DNA of 64,000 nucleotides from the NCBI GenBank assembly GCA_949300615.1, contig CASGEW010000010.1:391-64390 (forward strand). The letters are read 5' to 3'. Positions within the stretch are counted from its first letter, which is position 1. Every line of letters starts with the position of its first letter. A program made the translations under genes and the position numbers. Below the pieces are notes generated by a model. It saw only the letters and a program-made list of their open reading frames with translations. It was not told the origin of the DNA and made no database searches. Below, piece after piece: positions 37,420 to 47,413 of this stretch. The stretch comes from an uncultured Bacteroidales bacterium. Its GTDB lineage: Bacteria > Bacteroidota > Bacteroidia > Bacteroidales > CHK158-818.

Positions 37420-38414
37420 ATCGAGTTAAATGCGGTTAGTTGTGTTTCTATTTGCGCTATTTCATTTGTTACATCAAAGTAAGGATATTTTTTTCGGATT
37501 TCTTCCAGTTTAAACAAGTTTTGCATTATGAAATCTTTGTATGCAGATGATGTTACTGAGAAAGGCCGGTGGTTGAGAGACGATTTTATTTTGTCCCAAG
37601 TATTTACCAGCGATTGCGTCTCCTCCGAAAAATAGGTCTGGCAAAAGCGTTCCCAGAGATATTCTATGGCCGTATCCGAGGGATGGGTCATGTCGGGGGC
37701 ATAGAACCGGTAGTCGCGCAATTCATCCATCATGATTTCGTATGCCGGGAAATAAAACGTGTTTGGCAGAGAATTGATCAGCCTTTCGATAGCCAACAGC
37801 AGGATTGCCTTGCTCAACTGGTTTCCGTGGGCTCCGTCTTTCAGGTGGCGGATGGGACTTACGGTAAAAAGAACGTTTAGTTGTGGATTCCGTTTTCGCA
37901 GGGAGGTGATTACCGTTTGCCACTCTTGCGCGATCTCTTCTGCCGAGAGGCGTTCGCGCGAGAAGAGTTTTTCGGGCATTTTATGGCAGTTGGCTACTAC
38001 GTTCCCGTTCTCTTTCAACCGATAGACATAAGCGGTCCCAAAAGTAACCATCAGACAGTCCAGGTGTAACAGGTGGTCGGATGAGGCGATGATGCGTTCG
38101 TTGATTTGTTGCAGGCAGGTGGTTGCATCGGGGTGCGAGAAGCGCGAATGGTGGGCGAAACTGTGCATCATCCCTTGATGAGCAAAGAGGTCATCGGGTG
38201 TAAATAGCCGTTTATCCGCCAATATTTGCAGGGACGATGCGATGGAGCAGGGGTTGTAAAGTACGCCGAACGGGTTGATGTCGATAGAAAATTTTTGTTC
38301 GGCCAATTTCCCTCCGATGTTTTCGCTGAAACATGAACCCAACGAGAGGATCCGGTGTTTATGATTCAATGTAAACGCGCTTTTGTCTATCTTTACAGGA
38401 GTCCTGAAATCCAT
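37416..38414 (-). CDS. GSCFA-domain protein
   Basis: 332 aa with the motif LSLGSCFSENIG near the N-terminus. It overlaps the murF-alr start by 4 nt. Confidence 0.8.
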   Translation of the reverse strand: MDFRTPVKIDKSAFTLNHKHRILSLGSCFSENIGGKLAEQKFSIDINPFGVLYNPCSIASSLQILADKRLFTPDDLFAHQGMMHSFAHHSRFSHPDATTCLQQINERIIASSDHLLHLDCLMVTFGTAYVYRLKENGNVVANCHKMPEKLFSRERLSAEEIAQEWQTVITSLRKRNPQLNVLFTVSPIRHLKDGAHGNQLSKAILLLAIERLINSLPNTFYFPAYEIMMDELRDYRFYAPDMTHPSDTAIEYLWERFCQTYFSEETQSLVNTWDKIKSSLNHRPFSVTSSAYKDFIMQNLFKLEEIRKKYPYFDVTNEIAQIETQLTAFNSI

Positions 38415-38550
38415 TTGTCTGTTTTTATGAGTAGCGAAGATAAGCTATTTTATCGGGAACGGCCAAAAAATAGCTACTTTTTGTGACGGTGATAAGCGTG
38501 TAATAAAAATGAAACAAAAATGTAATTCGTTTTTTTTCCTGTTTCGGCCG

Positions 38551-38578
38551 ATTATCGGTTTCTTTGTAAACCGATAAT
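38551..38578 (+). promoter_or_regulatory. perfect 11-bp hairpin/palindrome just upstream of phoU
   Basis: attatcggttt-ctttgt-aaaccgataat ends 28 nt before the phoU ATG. Confidence 0.3.
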
Positions 38579-38605
38579 TTGGTCATTCAAAAAATATAAA
38601 AGAAG

Positions 38606-39289
38606 ATGAAATATATAGAGAACGAGCTGGACGGATTGAAACGTGAAATCCTGGAAATGTGGTCGTTGGTAGATTCTCAATTGAACCGGGCAGGAGAGGC
38701 GCTGTTGTCGCTTGACCGGGATCTGGCCAAGGAGGTGGTTTACCGTGAGAAACGGGTGAATGCCTTTGAACTGAAAATAGACAGCGACTGCGAAGATATC
38801 ATTGCACTGTATGCCCCCGTGGCGGTCGATTTGCGTTTCGTACTGGCCGTTTTGAAAATCAATACCAATTTGGAACGTATCGCCGACTTTTGCGAAGGAA
38901 TAGCGCAGTTCGTATTGAAATATCCCAGCATCAGTATCGATGCCGAATTGTTCGACAAAGCCCGGATACGTACCATGCTTTCCATTGTCAAGGAGATGTT
39001 GCAGTCCGGTAAGGAGGCATTGGAGGAAGAGAAATCGTCGTTGGCCGTTTCTATCTTTGAAAAAGACAGTCAGGTGGACGAGCTCAACCACGGAGCGACG
39101 GGCATTATCGCCGATTATTTGCAGCAATATCCCGACCGGGCGGCCGAATGTTTGAATTTGATTGGCATCATCCGCAAAATGGAACGTATCGGCGACCATT
39201 GTAACAATATGGCCGAAGAAATTGTCTTTTATTTAGATGCAAAAGTGTTGAAACATAGTGGACTACCCGAGGATCAAGCGGAACGATGA
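38606..39289 (+). CDS. phoU: phosphate signalling complex protein PhoU
   Basis: 227 aa with two PhoU repeats (ERIADFCEGIA ... ERIGDHCNNMAEE). Confidence 0.9.
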   Translation: MKYIENELDGLKREILEMWSLVDSQLNRAGEALLSLDRDLAKEVVYREKRVNAFELKIDSDCEDIIALYAPVAVDLRFVLAVLKINTNLERIADFCEGIAQFVLKYPSISIDAELFDKARIRTMLSIVKEMLQSGKEALEEEKSSLAVSIFEKDSQVDELNHGATGIIADYLQQYPDRAAECLNLIGIIRKMERIGDHCNNMAEEIVFYLDAKVLKHSGLPEDQAER

Positions 39290-39646
39290 AATCCGGTCGG
39301 GGATCACACTTCTGGTATTGCTGGCCGTTTTTGTCGCTTTAAATTCATTTTTATGAGTGAGTATTGTTGTCAATTCTTTTCCTCTTTTTCGTCCGGTGTA
39401 AAGGATGTTGCTATGTTAAAAAAAACGAGTGTATAAGAGTTTCTGTTAAAAGCGGTAGCTGTTTGGCCTGCCCATCCCTCAAAAATCTTGATAGGTCTAA
39501 TTTTTGTAAACCTCCTGAAATAGGTTACCGTTAAGTACCGAGAAAGCATCCGATTGGCCCCTTTCCCGGGATAGAGGTCCATTGTTATAATCTGTTTATT
39601 AATGTCTATATCTCCAAAAAGGCCATTCTACAAGCCGAAAAATGTG

Positions 39647-39654
39647 TACTTTTG
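39647..39654 (+). promoter_or_regulatory. -7 box TACTTTTG for the GH43 gene
   Basis: Matches TAnnTTTG, 18 nt upstream of the ATG at 39672. Confidence 0.45.
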
Positions 39655-39671
39655 TACGCTAAAAAAAGAGT

Positions 39672-40685
39672 ATGTCATTCAAGTATAATTTCAGTCTGAT
39701 TGCGAAATTAGGATTATATTCTTTCCTGTTATTAAGCTGTCATGCAGAAGCCCGTCAAGAGGCAGAAAAAGAGAAATACTGCAACCCTGTTTCCCGGTAT
39801 AGTCTGCCCGATCCCACAGTTATACAGGCAGAAGACGGAACCTTTTATCTGTATGCTACCGAAGACATCCGAAATACCCCGATTCTCCATTCGCCCGATT
39901 TGGTAAATTGGACGTTGATAGGAACCGCCTTTACGCGTGATACCCGTCCCGACTTTGAACCGAAGGGAGGAATCTGGGCTCCTGACATCAACTACATCAA
40001 CGGACAATATGTGCTGTTCTACTCCATGTCTGTTTGGGGAGGAGAGTGGACATGCGGCATCGGTGTGGCAACGGCCGAAAAACCTTACGGTCCGTTTACG
40101 GACCGAGGAAAATTGTTCCGAAGCAATGAAATAGAAGTACAAAACTCCATCGACCCATTCTATATAGAGGAGGATGGAAAGAAATATCTCTTTTGGGGAA
40201 GTTTCAGGGGTATATACGGTATCGAGTTGTCGGACGACGGCTTGTCGGTAAAACCCGGGGCACAGAAAACGCAAATTGCCGGTACGGCGTACGAGGGGAC
40301 CTATATACACAAACATAACGGCTATTACTACCTGTTTGCTTCGATAGGCTCTTGCTGCGAGGGGATTAAAAGTACCTATACCACGGTAGTAGGTCGCTCT
40401 AAGAAACTGTTCGGCCCGTATGTAGATAAACAAGGCCGGCCGATGTTGGGAAATCACCACGAAGTGGTAATACACAAAAACGATTCGTTTGTAGGTACAG
40501 GACATAACTCGGAAATCGTTACCGATAAGAATGGCGACGACTGGGTGCTTTATCACGCCGTAGATCTGAACAACCCGGGTGGCCGTAAATTGATGCTCGA
40601 CCGGGTTCGGTGGAAAGCCGGCTGGCCCTATGTGGAGAACAGCACGCCCTCGTCGGTGTCGGATGTACCTTATTGGGGAGAATAA
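39672..40685 (+). CDS. glycoside hydrolase family 43 protein
   Basis: 337 aa with a signal peptide. The motifs are LPDPTVIQAEDGTFYLYATED, GGIWAPDI and GHNS, as in five-bladed propeller GH43 enzymes. Confidence 0.85.
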   Translation: MSFKYNFSLIAKLGLYSFLLLSCHAEARQEAEKEKYCNPVSRYSLPDPTVIQAEDGTFYLYATEDIRNTPILHSPDLVNWTLIGTAFTRDTRPDFEPKGGIWAPDINYINGQYVLFYSMSVWGGEWTCGIGVATAEKPYGPFTDRGKLFRSNEIEVQNSIDPFYIEEDGKKYLFWGSFRGIYGIELSDDGLSVKPGAQKTQIAGTAYEGTYIHKHNGYYYLFASIGSCCEGIKSTYTTVVGRSKKLFGPYVDKQGRPMLGNHHEVVIHKNDSFVGTGHNSEIVTDKNGDDWVLYHAVDLNNPGGRKLMLDRVRWKAGWPYVENSTPSSVSDVPYWGE

Positions 40686-40700
40686 CAGTAAACTATTTTT

Positions 40701-42080
40701 ATGGATACAGAAAGAAGTAAAAAGCTCGGTACGGAGAGTATAGGCAAGTTATTGTGGTCGTATTCCATTCCTTCCATCATCAGTATGGTGGCGGTAGCCC
40801 TTTACAATATCGTGGACCGGATATTTATCGGGCAGGGGGTAGGTCCTTTGGCCATCTCGGGATTGGCATTGACCTTGCCGTTGATGACGTTGATTACCGC
40901 GATAGGGACGTTGGTGGGGGTCGGTGCGGCCTCGCGAATGTCTATCGTGTTGGGGAAAGGAGATGTGGAGTGGGCTCGCAACATCTTGGGCAACGCCCTG
41001 ATTTTGACTTTTATTATGTCGGCTATTTTTATCACTTTGGCTTTGACATATATGGAAGAGATTCTGGTTATATTCGGCGGTAGCGAACAGACTATTCCGT
41101 ATGCGCGGGAATTTCTGCAACTGGTTATTCCCGGCAGTCTTTTTTCCAATCTCTCTTTCAGTTTGAGCGGGTTGATGCGGGCATCGGGTTATCCGATCAA
41201 GTCGATGGTGGTGATCATCTCCGGCGTTGTGTTGAATGTGATTTTAGCGGCCCTGTTTATCTTTGTATTTAATATGGGTATCCGCGGAGCAGCGTTGGCT
41301 ACGGTTATATCCATGTTTATGAGTGCCCTGTTTGCCATCTCCCATTTCTGTTTACCGGGCAGCTACATCCGCTTCTTCCGGCGCTGTTTCAAATTGAAAT
41401 TCTTTATTATCCGCAATATTGTTTCGATTGGTTTGGCTCCTTTTTTGTTGAATGTGGTGGCCAGTTCCGTCAATGCGTTACTGAATGTGTCGTTGGTTAC
41501 TTATGGCGGCGATTTGGCGGTAGGCGCATTTGGCATTATCAACAGCTATATGTTGTTTGTCGTTATGATTGTCATGGGATTGTGTCAAGGTATGCAACCC
41601 ATCGTCGGATACAATTACGGCGCAGAAAAGCGGGGACGGGTAAAACAGACGTTGAAACTGACCATACAAGTGGCCTCGATTATCGTAGTTTCCGGGTTCA
41701 TTTTGGGAGAGTTGTTGACCTCGCAGCTGGTAAGAGCCTTTACCGACAACGAAGAGCTGATGGATATTACCGAACGTGGTATGCGCATTACCTTTGCTTT
41801 GATGCCTCTGATCGGCTTCCAGATAACCACCGCCAATTTTTTCCAGTTCATCAGCAAAGCAGGCATTGCCATCATCCTGTCGTTGTCGCGGCAGTTGATA
41901 TTCCTGATGCCCGCCATTTATATCTGTTCCCGTTTGTGGGGGTTGACAGGCGTTTGGATGGCCATTCCCGCATCCGATTTCTTCTCGACCTTTGTAACGG
42001 CGTTGGCCTTGTGGAAGGTAAGAGCGATTTTTGTGGACAAACCGTTGTTGGCGGAACAACCCTCTTTATCGAATAAATAA
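40701..42080 (+). CDS. MATE-family efflux transporter
   Basis: 459 aa with 12 predicted hydrophobic helices. The N-terminus is IGKLLWSYSIPSIISMVAVALYNIVDRIFIGQGVG. Confidence 0.9.
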   Translation: MDTERSKKLGTESIGKLLWSYSIPSIISMVAVALYNIVDRIFIGQGVGPLAISGLALTLPLMTLITAIGTLVGVGAASRMSIVLGKGDVEWARNILGNALILTFIMSAIFITLALTYMEEILVIFGGSEQTIPYAREFLQLVIPGSLFSNLSFSLSGLMRASGYPIKSMVVIISGVVLNVILAALFIFVFNMGIRGAALATVISMFMSALFAISHFCLPGSYIRFFRRCFKLKFFIIRNIVSIGLAPFLLNVVASSVNALLNVSLVTYGGDLAVGAFGIINSYMLFVVMIVMGLCQGMQPIVGYNYGAEKRGRVKQTLKLTIQVASIIVVSGFILGELLTSQLVRAFTDNEELMDITERGMRITFALMPLIGFQITTANFFQFISKAGIAIILSLSRQLIFLMPAIYICSRLWGLTGVWMAIPASDFFSTFVTALALWKVRAIFVDKPLLAEQPSLSNK

Positions 42081-42203
42081 AAAGAGACGATAACTTTCTA
42101 AACAAAACGATCGGCCTCATAGAGAAAGGCGTTGGTATGGGCCGTTCGGGAGGAGGCTAAAAATAATCGTCTCTGTCTGGATGGATATTAGAACATAAAA
42201 TGT

Positions 42204-42211
42204 TATTTTTG
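42204..42211 (+). promoter_or_regulatory. -7 box TATTTTTG for the DUF1573 gene
   Basis: Matches TAnnTTTG, 35 nt upstream of the ATG at 42246. Confidence 0.45.
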
Positions 42212-42245
42212 TGTTTACATAACGAAAAATAAAAAATAAGCAGAC

Positions 42246-43331
42246 ATGAAACAGCTTTTTGTTGTGTTACTTGTTACATTCGTTTCTGTGGCTACCGTTT
42301 TTTCCCAGAAGAGTTCCAAGATAGAATTTAAGGAAACACTCCATGATTTTGGTAGTTTTTCCGAGGATATGAAAAAAGTAACGTGTAAATTTACCTTCAC
42401 CAATACCGGCGATGTGCCTTTGGCCATTGTGCGGGCAACGGCTGCGTGCGGTTGCACCCAACCGGAATATCCCGAAGAACCGGTTATGCCCGGGAAGACA
42501 GGAACCATCACCGTTACCTATAACGCCGAAGGAGCACCCGGATCATTCCAGAAGACGATCAACGTTTACAGTACGGCCAAACCCGAGAAGGTGGTTTTAT
42601 CCATTAAAGGGACCGTTATCCCCTCCCAATCGAGAGAAAATCCTTCGTATCCGTACAAGATGGGAGATTTGCATTTATCGAACACCACCCTTCCCTTTTT
42701 TGACGTCTATCTGGATAAGCCCAAGACCGAAAAGATTCCGGTGATAAACGAAGGCAAGAAGCTACTTTCCCTGGCGTTTGACCATGTCCCCCGCCATTTG
42801 TCGGTGGTAGCAGTCCCCTCGGTATTGAAACCCAAGGAAAAAGGAGAGATCGTAATTACTTACCGGGCCGAAAAGGCAAAGGATTGGGGATTGCGACGGG
42901 ACGAGTTCTTTGTCGCATTTTCGGGAGAGAACAAATTCAATCCGGAGTATAAGATCGCCGTAACGGCAAACATCCTCGAAGATTTTTCGGATTTGAGCCA
43001 GGAGGAGTTGGAAAAAGCCCCGAAAATGGAGCTCTCCCAGCAAAAGATTGATTTTGGAGCCGTCCAGGGAACCGATAAGGTAAAAAGAGAGTTGACAATA
43101 ACCAATACCGGAAAGAAGACGTTGTCTATCCGGAAAATTCAGACAGATGCAGACATCGTCTCGGTCCAGACATCGTCTCATTCGATCGCTCCGGGTAAAA
43201 GCGAAACGATCACCTTGACACTCGACCCCTCGGGCGTACCCGGTAAGATGTTGAACAAATTATTGTCGATCGTAACCAACGATCCCCAAAACCCGTTTGT
43301 CTCCGTCCGGTTGGTCGGAACGTTTGAATAA
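42246..43331 (+). CDS. DUF1573-domain protein (three Ig-like repeats)
   Basis: 361 aa with a signal peptide. The signature is HDFGSF....VTCKFTFTNTGDVPLAIVRATAACGCTQPEYPEEPVMPGKTGTITVTYN. Confidence 0.85.
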   Translation: MKQLFVVLLVTFVSVATVFSQKSSKIEFKETLHDFGSFSEDMKKVTCKFTFTNTGDVPLAIVRATAACGCTQPEYPEEPVMPGKTGTITVTYNAEGAPGSFQKTINVYSTAKPEKVVLSIKGTVIPSQSRENPSYPYKMGDLHLSNTTLPFFDVYLDKPKTEKIPVINEGKKLLSLAFDHVPRHLSVVAVPSVLKPKEKGEIVITYRAEKAKDWGLRRDEFFVAFSGENKFNPEYKIAVTANILEDFSDLSQEELEKAPKMELSQQKIDFGAVQGTDKVKRELTITNTGKKTLSIRKIQTDADIVSVQTSSHSIAPGKSETITLTLDPSGVPGKMLNKLLSIVTNDPQNPFVSVRLVGTFE

Positions 43332-43346
43332 CCCAAAATCCAGCAC

Positions 43347-44444
43347 ATGGAACACATAGAAAACAACAAAGAGTTCGAAGGCTTGACCGTAAACAAAGGG
43401 ATAGACCAGCCCCCTACGGTGAACCCCTATTTGAATAAGGTCCGGACAGCCCGCCGCCGTACCTATACGGCTTCGGAATTTGTCGAGGCCATTGTCAAAG
43501 GCGACATCACCATGCTGTCGCAGGCCGTTACGCTGATAGAGAGCAATCGTTACGAACATCAGACATTGGCGCAGGAGGTCATCGAAAAATGTTTGCCTTT
43601 TTCCGGGAATTCCGTCCGGGTAGGGATTACCGGTGTTCCCGGAGCCGGGAAGAGTACCTCGATCGACGCTTTCGGGCTGCATGTGTTGGAGCGGGGCGGG
43701 AAGTTGGCAGTATTGGCCATCGACCCCAGCAGTGAACGTTCCAAAGGCAGTATTTTGGGCGACAAGACCCGTATGGAGCGGTTGGCCGTACACAAACGGG
43801 CCTTTGTGCGGCCTTCGCCTTCGGCCGGATCGTTGGGGGGAGTAGCCCGCAAAACCAGAGAAACCATTGTGTTGTGCGAGGCCGCCGGGTTCGATACGAT
43901 TTTTGTAGAGACCGTCGGGGTAGGACAGTCCGAAACAGCCGTACACTCCATGGTCGATTTCTTCCTGCTCATCCAGTTGGCCGGTACCGGCGACGAGTTG
44001 CAGGGAATCAAACGCGGCATCATGGAGATGGCCGACGGGATTGTCATCAACAAAGCCGATGGCAACAACATCGAAAAAGCCAAATTGGCGGCGGCACAAT
44101 TCCGCAACGCCCTGCACCTGTTTCCCCCTACGCTGTCGGGATGGACACCCCAGGTATTGACCTATTCCGGATATTATGAAATCGGCATACCCGAGGTATG
44201 GAAGATGGTGGACGATTACGTGGCGTTTACCCGCAAAAACGGTTTTTTTGAACACAAACGCCATGAACAGTCCAAATATTGGATGTTCGAGACGATAAAT
44301 GAACAGTTGAAAGAACATTTCTACCGCAATCCGGAAATAGAAGCGATGCTGGCAGAAAAGGTCTCCCGTGTATTGAATTCCGACCAAACCTCTTTCACCG
44401 CAGCAAAAGAGGTGTTGGATTATTATTTCAACTCGTTGAAGTAG
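43347..44444 (+). CDS. meaB: methylmalonyl-CoA mutase-associated GTPase MeaB (ArgK)
   Basis: 365 aa with P-loop GITGVPGAGKST, ETVGVGQSE and INKADG motifs. Confidence 0.9.
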   Translation: MEHIENNKEFEGLTVNKGIDQPPTVNPYLNKVRTARRRTYTASEFVEAIVKGDITMLSQAVTLIESNRYEHQTLAQEVIEKCLPFSGNSVRVGITGVPGAGKSTSIDAFGLHVLERGGKLAVLAIDPSSERSKGSILGDKTRMERLAVHKRAFVRPSPSAGSLGGVARKTRETIVLCEAAGFDTIFVETVGVGQSETAVHSMVDFFLLIQLAGTGDELQGIKRGIMEMADGIVINKADGNNIEKAKLAAAQFRNALHLFPPTLSGWTPQVLTYSGYYEIGIPEVWKMVDDYVAFTRKNGFFEHKRHEQSKYWMFETINEQLKEHFYRNPEIEAMLAEKVSRVLNSDQTSFTAAKEVLDYYFNSLK

Positions 44445-44568
44445 AACAAATCGTTCTTTTTGTGGGATAGGAGAGTGTCCTATCCGGAGCATGTTAGTGC
44501 CCCGTCTGCTTGATTTTTTTGCGTATCTTTGCTACGAAAACATATTGCGAGTTTATAAATCGGTAAGT

Positions 44569-45261
44569 ATGAAATACGTTTTATCTTTTCTATTAATCTG
44601 GCTCTGGGTCGGGACGACGTTATCGGCCCAGTTGATCGAAGATGCCATAGAGGTTCCCGATATGGAGGAGATACAGACGCAGATAAACGACCCCTCCTCG
44701 CCGTTGTACTATCCGGCCTTGATGAAACGTTACCTGGACAACGATACCACGTTGAATTTAGCTGAATATAGGTGCCTTTATTTAGGATACAGTTTTCAGG
44801 AAGATTACAATCCATACCGGGTGGTAGAGCATACCGACCGTTTGAAAGAGTTGTATGCCAGGTCTGATTACGACGAATTTGTGTGCGACTCGATCATCAA
44901 ATACGCCCGTCTGGCCATCGATGATTTCCCGTTCGATTTAAGGCAGATGAATATGTTGGTATATGCCTATCGGTGCAAGGGAGATAAAGAGCAGGAGGCT
45001 TTGTGGGGGTATAAACTGAAAAGCATCGTAGATGCCATCCTCTCCACCGGAGATGGTCAAACCCGCGAATCGGCCTGGTTTGTCATCTATCCAGCACACG
45101 AATACGATATTATCAACCGATTGGGGCTCACCGTTACTTCGTATGTGTTTGAGGAGCCCTGTTATGACCATCTGAAAGTCGATACCAATCCATTTAAGGT
45201 TGAAGGTTATTATTTCAATGTAAGCCGTATCCTGACCGTATTTGAGCAAAAGTATAAATAG
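44569..45261 (+). CDS. secreted DUF4919-like protein
   Basis: The start is chosen at MKYVLSFLLIWLWVGTTLSAQ (signal peptide). The segment YYPALMKRYLDNDTTLNLAEYRCLYLGYSFQEDYNPY resembles DUF4919 as I recall it. Confidence 0.55.
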   Translation: MKYVLSFLLIWLWVGTTLSAQLIEDAIEVPDMEEIQTQINDPSSPLYYPALMKRYLDNDTTLNLAEYRCLYLGYSFQEDYNPYRVVEHTDRLKELYARSDYDEFVCDSIIKYARLAIDDFPFDLRQMNMLVYAYRCKGDKEQEALWGYKLKSIVDAILSTGDGQTRESAWFVIYPAHEYDIINRLGLTVTSYVFEEPCYDHLKVDTNPFKVEGYYFNVSRILTVFEQKYK

Positions 45262-45283
45262 CGTTTGCTGCCGATTCAAGAAA

Positions 45284-45325
45284 GAACCGGGCAAGACGAT
45301 TCTACAAGAACGTTTTGCCCGGTTC
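45284..45325. terminator. stem-loop terminator (mainly for the portal gene on the minus strand)
   Basis: gaaccgggcaa (45284-45294) pairs with ttgcccggttc (45315-45325). There is a T-rich tail on the minus strand. Confidence 0.6.
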
Positions 45326-45370
45326 CGGTATGGAAAGAAAAACGAAAATCCGTTGTTGTTCGGTAAAAAT

Positions 45371-47359
45371 TTATTGGGATATTTCCGACGGCATATGGGT
45401 TACTGGCGAAAGTACAGTGTTCGGCTGTGCCGTTTGTCCGTTTGCGTTGTTCGGTATCCCGTAACCGTTTGCCATAGCCTGTTGTTGGTTTAACAGTTCC
45501 TGTTGCATCTTTTCCTTTACCTGCTGTATACTTTGCAACAAGCGGTCGGCAAAGGGGAAAGAACCGTTTTCGAGCAGCATTTCCAGTGAGATCTGTCCCA
45601 TCCGGAACAGCTCCATCAACAGCTCGTTCGATGCCATCCGGTAGGTAGGGTTGGTGCTCGATTCGCAGATTGAGAGGTCGAACTCCACATCCCGAACCTT
45701 TTGCGGGTTGTACATTTTCGCCTCTTTGTCATATACACTTCCGGCGATGTTCAGATAACGGGCTTCTCGATAGAATTGTTGAACCGTTTTCATCACCTTG
45801 GTATCCCGTTCTTCCCGGAACGATTTGAACGATTCAAACAGGTCGATTAAGTTCAAGCTCGAATTTTGAGTCTGTTGCGCATACAATACCCCCGAGGTAA
45901 CGGTCGTAGCGACTTTCCCCTGCATGGCCCCGTGGATACCCGATATATCTTCTATCAGGCGTAATTGCAAATTGAGCAGTTCGTATGCCCCCACGTTGGT
46001 AGCATTGGTCGAGATCTGTTGAGGCAGTACCCCGCCGGGTTTGGGCTTAAACAGGATAATACCGTTGTACCGTGTCCACTGTTCGGCCACATCTTCAATA
46101 GACATCCCGTCCGGAATCTGGTCTTCCGGGAAAAGCAGCACCCCTTTGGCGCTGGCCCCCATGATAAAGTCGATCAAGGTTATCAGTCGGTTGATATAAC
46201 GCTGTTGGTCGATAATATCCTCTACAAACGAATGTATCTCACCGTCCATCAACGGGTAGAGTTTAAAGACGTACGGATGTTCCCCGTGCCAGTAGGGAGT
46301 CTCCCCTTCGTCCAGAGTATGGCCGAAAGGGGTAAAAAAACGGTAATACCAATAGCGGTCTATAAACCACTCGGTTTCAATCAGCGCTACCTTCTCCGGA
46401 GCAATGCCTTTTTGTGCGGCTTCCTCCAAGCGCATCCGGTTTATCGCCTCTATCTCCTGCATCCGTTCCATCTCCTCTTTGTAATAATCTCCGGTTAACG
46501 TATCGTGGCAGCGCAGACGCTCTTTGTTTTCAAGCGTCCATACCTCGATGATACGGCACAAATGGGGCTCGGTGGCGATTAAAAAATCGAGGTTGTCGAG
46601 GTTGTCCGATGTCAGCGCCTCAAACGATCGGGAAATCTCTTCGCGGGTAGCCTGATTATACAGCTCCCGGAGCTGTTTGGCCCTGCGGCGCGAACCTTTG
46701 GCAAACTTGCTGACCACATCGGCAATCGGCACGTCGTGCAGTTCGCCTATTAAAGTACAGTCCCAAAGTCGAACATCCTCCATCGCGTTGAAAAATACGC
46801 GGTTCGGGTTTACGACATCCACCCAGACATCCATCCGGTTGTTTCGCCACCCGTATCCTATTTTGTGGAAGCACGTTCCCGAGACGACAAACTCTTCCAT
46901 CGTCCGGCCGTCTATTTCCCAGAGGTGGTTCATCTGGTAAACGTATTGCATGGCCACGCTCATCATCTCGCCCGCTTTCTGTTCTTCCCGGTCGCGGGAT
47001 ATGCAGACCGGTTCGGTTTGTACGTTGCGGAACTGTCCGACGATGTTCTTTACCATCTGGCGCACCAGGTTGTTTTTGAGCGGAATCTTTCCTTGCTCTT
47101 TGAGGTATTGTTCTTCGGTAATGGTGCGGCCGTCAGGAGTTTCGATTTTATCGTTCCATTGTTTGCCGAAGGTATAGTTCCGGCTGCGGCAGCGTTTCTT
47201 CCGAAAATGTTCGATGTTGTCCCAGGCACGTTTGGCTTGGAGCAGAACGTCGAGATGCGATCTGTCCAAATCGAACGTCTCATCCGTACGGTTCCTTTTT
47301 TGTTTGCCTAAGGAGCTGTCATTCCCTTCCGTAGAGAAATTAATTTCTGTCTTTTCCAT
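45371..47359 (-). CDS. phage portal protein
   Basis: The track start at 47368 is a TTG; the ATG at 47359 gives MEKTEINF.... Length is ~662 aa. The N-terminal pattern AKRAWDNIEHFRKKRCRSRNYTFGKQWND (Y-x-x-G-x-Q-W), overall size and Gln/Asn-rich C-terminal tail resemble podoviral portals. Confidence 0.7.
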   Translation of the reverse strand: MEKTEINFSTEGNDSSLGKQKRNRTDETFDLDRSHLDVLLQAKRAWDNIEHFRKKRCRSRNYTFGKQWNDKIETPDGRTITEEQYLKEQGKIPLKNNLVRQMVKNIVGQFRNVQTEPVCISRDREEQKAGEMMSVAMQYVYQMNHLWEIDGRTMEEFVVSGTCFHKIGYGWRNNRMDVWVDVVNPNRVFFNAMEDVRLWDCTLIGELHDVPIADVVSKFAKGSRRRAKQLRELYNQATREEISRSFEALTSDNLDNLDFLIATEPHLCRIIEVWTLENKERLRCHDTLTGDYYKEEMERMQEIEAINRMRLEEAAQKGIAPEKVALIETEWFIDRYWYYRFFTPFGHTLDEGETPYWHGEHPYVFKLYPLMDGEIHSFVEDIIDQQRYINRLITLIDFIMGASAKGVLLFPEDQIPDGMSIEDVAEQWTRYNGIILFKPKPGGVLPQQISTNATNVGAYELLNLQLRLIEDISGIHGAMQGKVATTVTSGVLYAQQTQNSSLNLIDLFESFKSFREERDTKVMKTVQQFYREARYLNIAGSVYDKEAKMYNPQKVRDVEFDLSICESSTNPTYRMASNELLMELFRMGQISLEMLLENGSFPFADRLLQSIQQVKEKMQQELLNQQQAMANGYGIPNNANGQTAQPNTVLSPVTHMPSEISQ

Positions 47360-47413
47360 ATAAATCAAAAGATTAAATATTTTCTGTGTTGCAAATAACG
47401 GGAATGTTGAGTC

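Noticed and set aside
39370-39582. 70-aa minus-strand ORF in the phoU-GH43 gap
   Set aside because: It has no motif, an odd composition and no promoter-like box. It was kept only as part of the unassigned-intergenic observation.
39732-40556. 274-aa minus-strand ORF
   Set aside because: It is antisense to the GH43 gene, which has clear family motifs.
43260-44492. 410-aa minus-strand ORF
   Set aside because: It is exactly antisense to meaB, which has an unambiguous P-loop (GVPGAGKST) and G-domain motifs on the plus strand. The antisense translation is H/Q/F/R-rich with no motifs.
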